Source of the DNA: Mobula hypostoma
Taxonomy: Eukaryota
Direction: 5' to 3'
DNA: 64,000 nt
Assembly (NCBI RefSeq): GCF_963921235.1
Contig: NC_086097.1
Span: 37,326,001-37,390,000, forward strand
This document shows positions 23,205-37,168 of the stretch, piece after piece; within the stretch, counting starts at the first letter, position 1; each line of letters begins with the position of its first letter. The notes below the pieces were generated by a model that was not told the origin of the DNA, ran no database searches, and worked only from the letters and a program-made list of their open reading frames with translations. A program made the position numbers and the translations under genes.

Positions 23205-26052
23205 TAGACCATAAGACAAAGGAGCAGAAGTCGGCCATTCGGCCCATCGAGTCTGCTCCACCATTTTATCATGAGCTGATCCATTCTCCCATTTAGTCCC
23301 ACTCCCCTGCCTTCTCACCATAACCTTTGATGCCCTGGCTACTCAGATACCTATCAATCTCTGCCTTAAATATATCCAATGACTTGAGCTCCACTGCCAC
23401 CCGCGGCAACAAATTCCACAGATTCACCACCCTCTGGCTAAAAAACATTTCTTTGCATCTCTGTTCTGAATGGGCGCCCTTCAATCATTAAGTCATGCCC
23501 TCTCGTACTAGACTCCCCCACCATGGGAAACAACTTTGCCACATCCGCTCTGTCCATGCCTTTCAACATTCGAAATGTTTCTATGAGGTCTCCCCTCATT
23601 CTTCTAAACTCCAAGGAGTACAGTCCAAGAGCGGTCAAATGTTCTTCATAGGAACGCTCTGATTCCCAGAATCATTCTAGTGAATCTTCTCTGTACCCTC
23701 TCCAATGTCAGCACACCCTTTCTTAAATGAGCCCAAAACTGCACACAGTACACCAGGTGAGGTCTTACCAGTGCCTTATAGAGCCTCAATATCACATCCC
23801 TGCTCCTATACTCTATTCCTCTAGAAATGAATGCCAACATTGCATTCGCCTTCTTCACCACCGACTCAACCTGGAGGTTAGCCTTAAGGGTATCATGCAC
23901 AAGGACTCCCAAATCACGTTGCATCTCAGAACTTTGAATTCTCTCCCCAGTTAAATAATAGTCTGCCCATTTATTTATTCTACCAAAGTGCACAACCATA
24001 CACTTTCCAACATTGTATTTCATTTGCCAGTTCTCTGCCCATTCTCCCAATCTATCCAAGTCTCTCTGCAGACTCTCTGTCTCCTCAGCACTAATGGCCC
24101 TTCCACCTATCTTTGTATCATCAGCAAACTTAGCCACAATGCCATCTATTCCATAATCCAAATTGTTGATGTACAACGTAAAAAGAAGCGGCCCCAACAC
24201 AGACACCTGTGGAACACCACTGGTAACCGGCAGCCAACCAGAATAGGATCCCTTTATTCCCACTTTCTGTTTCCTGCTTCCTGTTTTTGCTTCCTTGCCC
24301 CCTTCTTAAATAGTGGAGTGATATTTGCAATCTTCCAGTCCTCCGGAACCATGCCAGAATCTATCGACTTTTGAAAGATCATTGCTAATGCCCCCGCAAT
24401 CTCCACAGCTACTTCCTTCAGAACACAAGGGTGCATTCCATCCGGTCTGGGAGATTTATCTACTCTTAGACTATTCAGCTTCCTGAGTACTTTCTCTGTC
24501 GTAATTGTGACTGCGCACACTTCTCTTCCCTACCACCCTTGAGTGTCCGGTATACTGCTGATGTCTTCCTCAGTGAAGACTGATGCAAAATACTCACTCA
24601 GTTCCTTCGCCATCTCCTTATCCCCCATTACAGTATCTCCAGCATCATTTTCTATCAGTCCTATATCTACTCTCACCTATCTTTCACTCTTTATATACTT
24701 GAAAAAGCTTTTAGTATCCTCTTTGATATTATTTGCTAGCTTCCTTTCATAGTTCACCTTTTCCCTCTTAATGACCTTCTTAGTTTGCTTTTGTAAGCTT
24801 TTAAAAACTTCCCAATCCTCTGTCTTCCCACTAATTTTTGCTTCCTTGTATGCCCTCTCCTTTGCTTTAACTTTGGCTTTGACTTCTCTTGTCAGCCACG
24901 GTTGCATCCTTTTTCCATTCAAAAATTTCTTCTTTTTTGAAATATATCTGTCTTGCACCTTCCTCAGTTCTCGCATAAACTCCAGCCACTGTTGCTCTGT
25001 CGTCCTTCCTGCCAGTGTCCCTTTCAAGTCAACTTTGGCCAGTTCCATTCTCATGCCACTGTAATTTCCTTTACTCCGCTGAAATACCGACACATCGGAT
25101 TTCGGCTTCTCCTTCTCAGATTTCACAGTGAACTCAGTCATGTTATGATCACTGCGTCCTAAGGGTTCCTTCACCTCAATCTCTCTAATCACCTCTGGTT
25201 CATTACACAATACCAAATCCAGTACAGCCGATCCCCTAGTGGGCTCAACAACAAGCTGTTTTAAAAAGCCATCTTGTAGACATTCTACAAATTCTCTCTC
25301 TTGAGATCCTGTGCTGACCTGATTTTCCCAATCACTCGCATGTTAAAGTCCCCCACAATTATCATAATACTGCCCTTCTGACAAGCCTTTTCTTTTTCCT
25401 GTTGTAATTTGTAGTCCACATCACTGCAGCTGTTTGGAGGCCTATAAATAACTGCCATCAGGGTCTTTTTACCCCTGCGATTTCTTAGCTCAACCCATAA
25501 AGATTCTGCACCTTCCAATCCTATATCACCTCTTTCTAATGATTCAATATCATTTCTTACCAATACAGCCACGCCATCGCTTCTGCCTACCTGCCTATCC
25601 TTCCGATACACCGTATATCCTTGGATGTTCAGCTCCCAGAGACATGCATCCTTTAGCCACGTCTCAGTGACGGCCTCAATATCATACCTGCCAACCTGTA
25701 GCTGTATGAAAAGATCATCCACCTTATTCCTTATGCTGCGTGCATTTAAGTATAACACCTTACGTCCCATATTTGGTACTTTTTGCTTTGATTGCACTGC
25801 AAATTTATTGCATTGCAACTCATCCCAGTGGCTGCAAATTTGCCCCATCACCTGCTTGTCCTTCCTGACATCTTTACTGCTCACTAGCTTAGATTTATTT
25901 CTGTTTTCCCCTCCCTCTGCTCTATCATTCCGGTTCCCATCCCCCTGCCAAATTAGTTTAAACCCTCCCTAACAGCTCTATTAAACCTTCCCGCCAGGAT
26001 ATTGGTCCCCTTTGGGTTCAGGTGTAACCTGTCCATTCTGAACAGGTCATAC
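23205..26052 (-). mobile_element. Long CR1 LINE (end of ORF1, ORF2 with internal deletion, 3' UTR)
   Basis: ORF1 end YDLFRMDRLHLNPKGTNILAGRFNRAVREGLN* (SGNH esterase DxxH region); APE motifs YLNARSIRNK, VTETWL, YRPPNS, VGDFN, SDHN; RT FADD; tail ttagaccataagac. Confidence 0.93.
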
Positions 26053-26599
26053 ATGCAGACATTGGGCCTCTAATCTCCGGACAAGCTGACCTTTGACCTT
26101 TGGCTTAGTACCTCCGGACTCCTTTGGCCTTCTGCTCCTTGCCAATGATGTCCTCTGATGAAGACAAAATTGAACAAGCACTCAAACAACATTATCTGCA
26201 TCATGAAGTCAACTAAACTAAAGGAAATGTGATGATACTACCTCTCTCTGTGCTGAAACTAAATTCACTTTTAAGATAAGGTGTTGATAGTCCAGTTATT
26301 TTGTTCTTAAATCCCATTAAATCTATATGTAATGTTTAAAGGTTGGGCAACAGATCGGTTATAATCTGCTAAAATTGCCAGCACTTTTCAAAAAAAATAA
26401 ACTGCTTGTGTTCCTCTAGCCTTTGTATCATCTTGTACTTGTGTAAACCATTTTACAGTAAAAAGAACACAGAAGTATTATTAATATAAAAACAAAGTAC
26501 AGTTTGAATAGAATAGTTATTTTTTCATCAAAGCATTTGACAACGCAAGTGGTTCATCAGAGCAATTCAAAACTTTTCAAGGTGATGGGATAGCTCAAT

Positions 26600-26982
26600 T
26601 CCCTGGAGCGTAGGGAAATGAGGGGAGATTTGATAGAGGTATGCAAAATTCTGAGGGGTATAGATAGGTTCAAAACGTTTTTTTCCACTGAGGCTGGGTG
26701 AGACTAGAATTAGAAGTCATGGGTTAAGAGTGAAAGGTGAGATGTCTAAGGGGAACATGGAGAGGAACTTCTTCACTCAGAGGGAGGTAAGAGTGTGGAA
26801 CAAGCTGCCAGCGGAAGTGGTGGATTTAGGTTTGATTTCAACATTTAGTACATGGATGGGAGAGGTATGGAGGGCTGTGGTCCAGGTGCAGCTCCATGGG
26901 ATTAAGCAGATTAATAGTTTGACATGGACTAGATGGGCCAAAGGCCTGTTTCTGTGCTGTAGTGTTCTATGACCCTATGACT
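26600..26982 (+). mobile_element. CR1 3' fragment
   Basis: MRGDLIEVCKIL...NFFTQREVRVWNKLP; tail tgttctatgaccctatgac. Confidence 0.8.
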
Positions 26983-29698
26983 TCTGGGCCTTGGGTGTGA
27001 ATTTGGTACTAGCTGCTGCAATGTTAATTCTCCTAGCCACTAGTTATTTAAAATAACTTGAAAAATCCCAATCCAGTTCTCTGCATGCAAAGACAATTAA
27101 AAGTGCATTGATAGGATTTCAATAAAATACCATAAGAGCAATAAATAATTTGGAAAAGTTCATGCAAATGAAAGAAACACATCGAGGTTTTTTTTAAAAA
27201 ATGAAAAATACAAAGCAAAGAGATCCATAGACAAATTGGGGCTAAGTTAGTAATCACAATTTCTTCGATATTGACAGAGGAACTCCTGAGACAAATGATC
27301 ATAGACAAAAAATCATAAAAAGAAACACCAAATTAATAAAATGTTTATTGGTTTTGAAACTTGTAGAGTCATGCAGACTTTTTTTTTTGTAAGAGCAAAG
27401 AGCAGAACAAACTGACTGAGCTTGAATGGCCACATGCCCATCTTGGCATCTGTGGGATCTAAAGTTCTGATGATAGAAAGAATGTAACTGGAGATGTGAA
27501 GACAGGAAGAAGAGATATAGCCAAATAAATTGGAAAAGGAATGTGAGAAAAAGGAACTGAAGGCTAGAAATTAAGATAGAGGTGAAATGGAATGAAGCAA
27601 TGTAAATAACTGAAGCAGTACATAAAAAAGAAAATTTTCCTTCTTAACCAGATACTTAATTTTTGAAAAGAAAAGAATGGTTTATATTCATTAATTTTAT
27701 TTCTCATACTTCTAACAGATCATTCATCCACAACCATCAATGGTTTTGCTTTCCTATTGATAATTGTTATAACTTTTAGCAAAAAGTATTAATGTGCTTA
27801 CTGCATTAATATTTTATATACTTGGGAGAAATGTTTGTTTCTAAACAATGGCAAGGGAGCTTATGTAAAGCCCTTTTTGATGTTTGCAGCATCTGCATAA
27901 ATTTAGTTAGTAAGTAGACTATGAGAAAGTAAGAATTAAGTTGTGCTTAAAGAGACATGCCAGTAAAACCGCTACTGGTTCCATTTTAGTAACGACCTCT
28001 TTCTTCATAGTACAATCCTGTCTCATTTTAAATCACCATCAGCCATTAAGCTCTTGCTGCATATTATGGGGCAAATGAAATGAAAGAACAAAGCATTCCA
28101 CTCTGCCTAACACAGGTCATCTGCCTGTCTAGTCACTAATTATTTTTGGCTTCTTACATTATTTGTTTTTACTTGGTTCTTAGATAAACCTGTTGGAAAA
28201 ATTAAGTTGCCAGATCTCACAAGTCTCAAGTGGCATATGCTTTAAGTTGAACAGTAAAACGAACCAAACAACAGAGTAGTTTGCTTTACTTTTGTTTATT
28301 TCTTGTACCGCATTACATGTGAGCTTGGAAAGCTGCAAAATAAATAAAAGAAGGAACTTATGACTTACTTTACATGCGCCATGTTTCCACTACTAATCTC
28401 TCATTCAGAAATTAAGGGTCTGGCATTTATTAGCTTTAATCAACAACCCTTCATCCTACTGTGGAGGATATTGTAGCTCAGCCCAGCCCAAATCCAGATC
28501 TGTCCACACTTTTGTGCACTATCCTGGAAAAACATCAGAAGCAGGAAACCTCTGGTTTTTTTTACAGCCGTGAAACACTGTCCTAATACAGCCCTAGATG
28601 ATATCAGCAAATACAGTACAGAATGAGAGGCAAATTCGGAACCAGTTGCACTATATAACCTAGTTTACCAAAAGTTAAAGAGTTTTTTTATTATTATATA
28701 GAGTAGTATGGTCTATTTATTGTTAAATATTGTTAATGTTATTTTATTGAAAGCAGTTACTTAATGAGCAAATGTAATAACAAGTGTTCCCTGTACAGTT
28801 TCGATAATGAACAAGGGGGTCATTCAGCTGATTGTATTAGTCCTACCTCTCTACCAGAGCAACTCATTCATTCCAATCTATTTGTCCTTTCTCCATAAAT
28901 TTGCAAATATTTCTTCACCATATATTTATCCACTTCCCCCTTAAAGGCCTTAATAAAGTAATTCTCCATCGTGTCAATAGGCAACACATCCTACTTATCA
29001 GACACCTGTTGTGTAAAAGAAGTTGTTCCTAATTAACACTTTATTTTCTTCCTTTTTATTTTTCTTTTCGTTTTTAATAAGATCAGACAATTTATCATCC
29101 TTTTTCTAATATCTCAGAGAAGCTCATATGAAGACAAATAAAAATATTCAGCCAAGTTAAAAATAAAATACTAAGAAATTCCTTAACTCTCAAAGACAAT
29201 CAAGCAGGTTCTGATCAGTGCTTGCAAATTTTCTCACTGGTCAGTTAACCCACCAACCTTGAAAATTTGCAAACACATCCTGGTTCATTCCGATGGCCTG
29301 CATCGACAAAATATTTATTTTGCTTTCTTTTTGCACCATTTTTATGCCACTGTTAAGCCAAAGAACTACACTGTTTACCAGCAGAGGGACATGTGTTTCC
29401 TGGTGATTAAGATAAATAATTTCTGGTATAATCACATCCAACAGGCATTGCTGACAGCTTAAGCCTGAGTTAACTGAGGTACAGAACTCAAGAGTGCAGC
29501 CAGCACTGGGGTATTTGGGGTTACCAATGGGAGGATGTTTCCTTTACATCTTAGCCATTCAAAGATAAAACTAGACGTTAAAAAAGGGATCTGCAAAGCC
29601 AAATATCAACAGTTGATTAATCAGCAACAGAGCATGAAGACAAGAAGTTTCCCAGTGACTCATAATGTTATGATTCACTACCCTCCAAGCTTGGGTAG

Positions 29699-29875
29699 AA
29701 ACCATAAGACATAGGAGCAGAATTAGGCCATTCAGCCCATCGAGTCTGTTCCACCATTTCATCAAGGCTGATCCCAGATCCCAAACCCCATATACCTGTC
29801 TTCTGGCCGTATCCTTTGATGCCCTAACTGATCAGGAAACTATCAACTTCCACCTTAAATATACCCAAGACATAA
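29699..29875 (-). mobile_element. CR1 3' tail fragment
   Basis: accataagacataggagcagaattaggccattc, the same tail signature as the 519 copy. Confidence 0.75.
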
Positions 29876-30781
29876 ACTTCCAATGTATTTCTCTTGTATA
29901 AGAGTTGTAACACACTAAATGCATATGTGCCAAAAAACTGTGCAAAGTAATTCTGATGGTGAATGTTGTGGAGACTGCAAGGTAATTATTAATGGTTAAC
30001 AGTATTTTTAGTCAGCCCTTAATTTAGTAAATTTGTTGTCAGTAATTTTGACACTGTGAGGACGGTCAAATAGTCAACTATATCACTGATGATCCTCCCA
30101 TGTCCTTCTGCACTCAGTTTTATTTTACATTAAACTAAGACATTGTTTTGCCTTGATTAAACAGTATTTAGCCAAGTTGATTTTTCTTTTCTAGACAACA
30201 CATACATGAGCAACTTTCTGTGTTATCATCTGGATGACAATGTTATAACAGTACCTGAACAGATCGGCCAAAGTCATGGCTGGGTTCGGAGCAGAGGTCT
30301 TCAGTAATACATATCTGCTGTTGGTTCAGTCTGGTAGTTATGTCCTTCAGGTCTTGGTCAACTTGATCAGTGATGGCGCTACTAAGCCATTCCAGGTGGT
30401 GTACATCGAAATCCCCACTCAGAGTACATTCTACATAAAGTCTGCTGTCAATGTTGAAGACTCCCAGGGTTATTCCGCCTTGCCTACAAACCATTGCAAC
30501 TCCATCGCTGGTGGTCTGGCTGATGGTGGGACAAGAAGCAGCCAGGAAGTGTGATGGAGGAGGAGGAGTCTGTCACGTGAATGTATCATGTACCCTCAGA
30601 AGGTATAATTCAGTGAACCTGACTATGTCAGGCTGTTACTCTGTGGGACAGCATTACATAATGAGTCAGCAGTTCCTAAAGGATCACAGTGAGGACTTTG
30701 GAAGAACATCTGGACTGGGAATAACTTTGCCAAGAGCAATGATGGTTGGTCGGTGTAGTTCTACCTTATTTTTGCTTAATA

Positions 30782-30967
30782 CAGTGGTCCCCAACCAACC
30801 AGGCCGCGAGGAAACAATATGATTTGGCGATATGAAGCTGCACCTTTCCTCATTCCCTGTCACGCCCTCTGTTGACTAACACCACCCCCCCACCCCCATC
30901 GGCTGGTCTGCAAGAATATTGTCAATATTAAACCAGTCTGCAGTGCAAAAAAGGTTGTGGACCCCTG
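30782..30967. mobile_element. hAT-Charlie (MER1-like) MITE
   Basis: Imperfect TIRs cagtggtccccaacc ... ggttgtggacccctg with aaaaaggtt subterminal motif; no clean 8-bp TSD left. Confidence 0.65.
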
Positions 30968-31167
30968 CACTAGAAGGCTAATTGGGTCATTTCAGAGGGC
31001 ATTTAAGAAAGAGCTACATTGCTTTGGATCGAAAGTCATAATCAGGTTGGTCTCAGTAAGGATACTGAGATGTCCACAAAATCATCCAGATTCCTCAAAG
31101 GAAACTGAATGACAGGCAGCATGAAGATTTTGTGGTCATCTTTACAAAGATTAGTTGTTTTTAACAG

Positions 31168-31388
31168 ACAATAGAAAATAGGTGCAGGAGTAGGCCATTC
31201 GGCCCTTCGAGCCAGAACCGCTGTGATCATGGCTGATTATCCACAATCAGTACCCTTTTCCTGACTTCTCCCCATATCCCTTGACTCCGCTATCATTAAC
31301 AGCTCTATCTAACTCTTTCTTGAAAGCATCCAGAGAATTGGCCTCCACTGGCTTCTGAGGAAGAGCATTCCACAGATCCACAACTATG
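31168..31388 (-). mobile_element. CR1 3' end fragment, same family as the 2970-6622 copy
   Basis: Reverse complement closely matches ~6400-6620. Confidence 0.8.
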
Positions 31389-33099
31389 TCAATTTTCATA
31401 GCTGACAAAATGGGATTTTACTTTGTAATTGTGGATTTATTAGTCCACATCTTCACTTACAAGTCCTGTAACTTTACTGCACTGTCAATGGTCATGTAAC
31501 CAGGCTGAGCAATTTAGAAGTGCAAAACTGAATCATTAAACATCACACTATCTGTGATAATGTTTGATGCAGTAAGACAAGTTGGCAATAACTATCATGA
31601 ATTATAGACTTGGACATACCTGAAGGCATCTATTCTACAAATGTCATGAAATGTTATCACATCCAGCAGAAGCAAAATCACTGTATGTGAGCAAAATTGC
31701 TTTATAGCAGAGGGAATGCTCCTTTACAGTGGTGGATGAGGGGCTGATCAAATGGACTGCTTTGAATTGATTGGTGCCACGTTTCTTGAGTGCTGTCGAA
31801 ACTGAAGATAGATTGAAGTGGAAGTTTTTCCATGCTGACTAGTCACAAGGTGAGTCACCTCAACAACAGACTCTTTGTTAAGGTGTTTACAAAGTTGATC
31901 TTTTTCAGTTAGTAGTAAGTGGTGACTCCCAGGATGGTGGAGATAATCTGCCCCCATTAGCAAAGGAATTGCAGATAGAATTGATATCCAAGCAATCCAT
32001 AGGAGTCTCCCTACCCCTGACCTTATGATGGTAGGAGCTCATTGTAGAAACAACTAAGGATAGTTGGGGTTACTGCAGCAATGTCTTGGTCCTTCAGCAA
32101 GCATGATCATCTTCCTTTGTGCAGGACATGACACCAGCCAGTTGAGAAGCTTCCCTCAGGTCCTCATTAACTCCAATTTTACCAGAGCTGTCCAGGGCCA
32201 CACTTTGCAAAACACTGCCCAGATTTCAAGGAAGTCATTCTCATATCAATGCAAATATTTGTCTCTTTTATCCTTGTTTGGACCATGGTTAATATGGTAA
32301 CCAGAACATTAAAATCTCACACATTGTAGAGCTATTATATTAAATGCAGCATTTCTATAGCATCATCCTGATTTGTTTATATAATTTGTGTTGGTATTCT
32401 TTCCGTTAATCACTTAAGTTTCAGTTTGGATCTCTCTGCCACTGTAAGGGCAGGCTTTCAATTTCAATTAATGAAAAGGTATCCTTAACTTTAAATTCCT
32501 GGACATTATCATCTCAGTGGAGCTGTCCCGTGACCAGCACGTATGAGTTATTTCAGGGAAGGCACAGCAGCTCCTCTGCTTTCATAAAAGTTTGCACAGA
32601 TTCAGCATGTCATCTAAAACTTTGAAAATCTTCTATAGATGCAGGGTGGAGAGTATCTTGATTCATTGCATCATGACTTGGTATGGAAACACCAGTGCCC
32701 AAGGATGGGAAAGCCTGCAAAAGGTGGTGGATACAGCCCAGTCCATCCTGGGAAAATCCCTCCCCACCATTCAGCACATCTAATCATAGTCACAGTCATA
32801 GTCATACTTTATTGATCCCGGGGGAAATTGGTTTTGCACTACCACAAGAGAGCAGCGTCCATCATCAAGTACCCCCAACTATTCAGGCCATGATCTCACT
32901 GGCGCAATCAAGAAGGAGTACAGATGGCTTAAGTCCAACAGTACCAGGTTCAGGAACAGTTATTACCCTTCAACCATCAGGCTCCTGAACCAGTGTGAAT
33001 AATTTCACTCAGCTCTACTGAGTTGTTCCATAACCCATTGAGTCACTTTCAAGGACTCTGCAATTCATGTTTTCAGTATTATTATTTTATTATTATTGT

Positions 33100-36000
33100 T
33101 GTATTTTTATATTTTCTCAGCTCAAGCTGGTAAAACCTGAGGTACGGGCATAGACAAGCACACTCATTTCTCAATTGATAGGAACTTTCAGACTATTCTA
33201 GTGGTGTTTAGTATTGTGGCTTTCTGGAGATTTCCATAAGTAGGCCTAATTGTTTAATCCTATGGTGTAGTGACCAGGATGATACTGGTTGGTAGATATT
33301 ACTACTAGGATAATGTATACCTTGTTCATGTACCATAGCCTTTCAATTTCCTCTTTTAATTCAGCATATTTCTGGTGTTTTTCACTTGTTGATTTCTATA
33401 TGTTATGTGTGTTTGGAATGGCACTATCAATTAAGTAAGTCGTTCTTGCTTGTTGGTCCTGTAATATTAAATCCAGACGGTTTTTATGGATTGTCCTATC
33501 TATAATATTGGACCAGTCGTAATATAATTTGTAGGACTCTGACTCTAAAACAGGATCAGGCTTGTATTTATAGTGAGGTACAGTGTCTTCTATGAATTTG
33601 TATTGTAAATTAAGATTTTGGTGAATGATGTTTGTCATTTGATTGTACCCGTGTAAGTAATCAGATTGAGTTAAACTGCTGCAGGATCCTGTAATGTGTT
33701 GGATTGTTTCTGGTTTCTCTTGGATTTTCTACATTTAGCAGTTTGAATTTGTTGGTCTTTTATTATGTACTTTTGATCATTTTTGTGTTAACCACCTGGC
33801 CCTGTATTGCCACAAGGAACTCCTCCTCTGTTTCTGGGAAGAGTTCTCCAACTCTGAGCCAGGTGTTCAATGCTTCTTTGTTGGCATCTAATCTGCTCAG
33901 ATTGTGGGGATGCCTTGAAGTAAATTCTGTTGAAAGTTTTCCCTTTACATCACACTATGATCTATTTTTGTTGCATGTTGATATCCCAGATACTTATATC
34001 TTTCATATTCATCCATCAGTTGTATAGTATCCTGTTGCTCTGTTTTATATTCTACTGGCTCTATTGCACCTTTCTTTATGTTTAATGTTCTGCACTTATC
34101 TAGTCCAAAGTTCATGTTTATATCTTTAGAAAATACTATTTGAATTAATTGCTTTAGCTTTCCTGACAAAGGAGTGTATAATTTCCAATTGTCGATGTGC
34201 CAAGGTATAATTCATTTGGCTTTCTCTAAATTGATACCCTGTTTTACTCTGATTCAGTAAATTAGAGAGTGGATTTAAAGCTAGACAAATTCTTAGTGGG
34301 TTTAGAGAGACACTCTGTGAAAAGCCTCTATTTTGATAACGTTCGTTGTTCTTGTTTGGTCGTTAATAGATAGGGTGATTATAGAACGCTAATGCATCAT
34401 TAGATGTAGGAATTTCACAAGTATTAGATGTAGTTTATATATATTAAGAACTTCTTTTAACCATGGGTGTGGTACAGAATCAAATACTTTTTGGTAGTCA
34501 ATACAATGATGTGAAAGATTTCTGCTTTTCTGCCAGGTTTGATTTGGAGTTACAGAATCTATTATCATTTGTTCTTTTCATCCTTTCATACCCATACGGC
34601 ATCTTTTCTGCTTGTCTGTAAGTATATTGTGGTTATCTAAGTGAGTGGTGATTAATTGTGAGATGCATGATGTTAAAATTTTATGTATAGTTTGTAAACA
34701 AGTAAAAAGATGATGTTTTGATGGGTAATTTGTTATTTCTCCTTTTCGTAAAAGATATGTTTTACCATCCATTCAGCCACTTTTTCAGGATTTTTAAGAA
34801 AATTATTGATATAGAAACATAGAAACATAGAAAATAGGTGCAGGAGTAGGCCATTCGGCCCTTCGAGCCTGCACCGCCATTTATTATGATCATGGCTGAT
34901 CCTCCAACTCAGAACCCAGCCTTCCCTCCATACCCCCTGACCCCCGTAGCCACAAGGGCCATATCTAACTCCCTCTTAAATATAGCCAATGAACTGGCCT
35001 CAACTGTTTCCTGTGGCAGAGAATTCCACAGATTCACCACTCTCTGTGTGAAGAAGTTTTTCCTAATCTCGGTCCTAAAAGGTTTCCCCTTTATCCTCGA
35101 GCTGTGACCCCTCGTTCTGGACTTCCCCAACATCGGGAACAATCTTCCTGCATCTAGCCTGTCCAATCCCTTTAGGATTTTATACGTTTCAATATCCCCC
35201 CTCAATCTTCTAAATTCCAACAAATATAAGCCTAGTCAATCCAGTCTTTCTTCATATGAAAGTCCTGCCATCCCAGGAATCAATCTGGTGAACCTTCTTT
35301 GTACTCCCTCTATGGCAAGGATGTCTTTCCTCAGATTAGGGGACCAAAACTGCACACAATACTCCAGGTGTGGTCTCACCAAGGCCTTGTACAACTGCAG
35401 TAGTACCTCCCTGCTCCTGTACTCGAATCCTCTCGCTATAAATGCCAGCATACCGTTCGCCTTTTTCACCGCCTGCTGTACCTGCATGCCCACTTTCAAT
35501 GACTGGTGTATAATGACACCCAGGTCTCGTTGCACCTCCCCTTTTCCTAATCGGCCACCATTCAGATAATAATCTGTTTTCCTATTTTTGCCACCAAAGT
35601 GGATAACTTCACATTTATCCACATTAAATTGCATCTGCCATGAATTTGCCCACTCACCCAACCTATCCAAGTCACCCTGCATCCTCTTAGCATCCTCCTC
35701 ACAGCTAATACTGCCACCCAGCTTCGTGTCATCCGCAAACTTGGAGATGCTGCATTTAATTCCCTCATCCAAGTCATTAATATATATTGTAAACAACTGG
35801 GGTCCCAGCACTGAGCCTTGCGGTACCCCACTAGTCACCGCCTGCCATTCTGAAAAGGTCCCGTTTATTCCCACTCTTTGCTTCCTGTCTGTTAACCAAT
35901 TCTCCACCCACACCAATACCTTACCCCCAATACCGTGTGCTTTAAGTTTGCACACTAATCTCCTGTGTGGGACCTTGTCAAAAGCCTTTTGAAAATCCAA

Positions 36001-37168
36001 ATATACCACATCCACTGGTTCTCCCCTATCCACTCTACTAGTTACATCCTCAAAAAATTCTATGAGATTCGTCAGACATGATTTTCCTTTCACAAATCCA
36101 TGCTGACTTTGTCCGATCATTTCACCGCTTTCCAAATTTGCTGTTATCACATCCTTGATAACTGACTCCAGCAGTTTCCCCACCACCGACGTTAGGCTAA
36201 CCGGTCTATAATTCCCCGGTTTCTCTCTCCCTCCTTTTTTAAAAAGTGGAGTTACATTAGCCACCCTCCAATCCTCAGGAACTAGTCCAGAATCTAATGA
36301 GTTTTGAAAAATTATCACTAATGCATCCACTATTGCTTGGGCTACTTCCTTAAGCACTCTAGGATGCAGACCATCTGGCCCTGGGGATTTATCTGCCTTC
36401 AATCCCTTCAATTTACCTAACACCACTTCCCTACTAACATGTATTTCGCTCAGTTCCTCCATCCCACTGGACCCTCTGTCCCCTACTATTTCTGGAAGAT
36501 TATTTATGTCCTCCTTAGTGAAGACAGAACCAAAGTAATTATTCAATTGGTCTGCCATGTCCTTGCTCCCCATAATCAATTCACCTGTTTCTGTCTGCAG
36601 GGGACCTACATTTGTCTTTACCAGTCTTTTCCTTTTTACATATCTATAAAAGCTTTTACAGTCCGTTTTTATGTTCCCTGCCAGTTTTCTCTCATAATCT
36701 TTTTTCCCCTTCCTAATTAAGCCCTTTGTCCTCCTCTGCTGAACTCTGAATTTCTCCCAGTCCTCAGGTGAGCCAGTTTCTCTGGCTAATTTGTATGCTT
36801 CTTCTTTGGAATTGATACTATCCCTAATTTCTCTTGTCAGCCACAGGTGCACTACCTTCCTTGATTTATTCTTTTGCCAAACTGGGATGAACAATTGTTG
36901 TAGTTCATCCATGCAACCTTTAAATGCTTGCCATTGCATATCCACTGTCAATCCTTTAAGTGTCATTTGCCAGTCTATCTTAGCTAATTCACGTCTCATA
37001 CCTTCAAAGTTACCCCTCTTTAAGTTCAGAACCTTTGTTTCTGAATTAACTATGTCACTCTCCATCTTAATGTATTAATAGGTATGGTTGAAGGCAGTAA
37101 GTTTTTGTATCGATTATGAAGAATATTATCACTGCTGGTACTTTTCCTTACTTTTATTATTAGATAAA
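33100..37168 (-). mobile_element. R4/Dong(Rex6)-clade non-LTR retrotransposon with restriction-like endonuclease (RLE), degenerate, split by a CR1
   Basis: RT motifs TCLQTIHKILT, DINMNFGLDKC, YKYLG; linker AIQGQVVNTK; ETIQHITGSC zinc-knuckle end; RLE NRLDL...LIDSAIP...KYAELKEEI; (TAA)n on both flanks. Confidence 0.82.
34811..37072 (-). mobile_element. Young CR1 LINE, 5'-truncated
   Basis: 609-aa uninterrupted ORF2 segment with all RT motifs; (TTCTATGT)n tail; near-identical to the 12916 copy; candidate TSD TATTGATA/TATTAATA (34804-11 / 37073-80). Confidence 0.95.

Larger units (their letters stand above)
30245..32300 (-). mobile_element. Ancient CR1/L2-group LINE and SINE remnants (patchy)
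   Basis: GDFDVHHLEWLSSAITDQ...LKDITTRL resembles an APE GDFN(V)HH segment; further decayed RT-like pieces at ~31.7-32.3 kb; interspersed with younger inserts. Confidence 0.5.

Noticed and set aside
5448..35992. Recurrent 134-aa MPPKWI... and 93-aa MNLLCT... ORFs as a gene family
   Set aside because: They are antisense frames of CR1 RT that recur because the CR1 copies are homologous.
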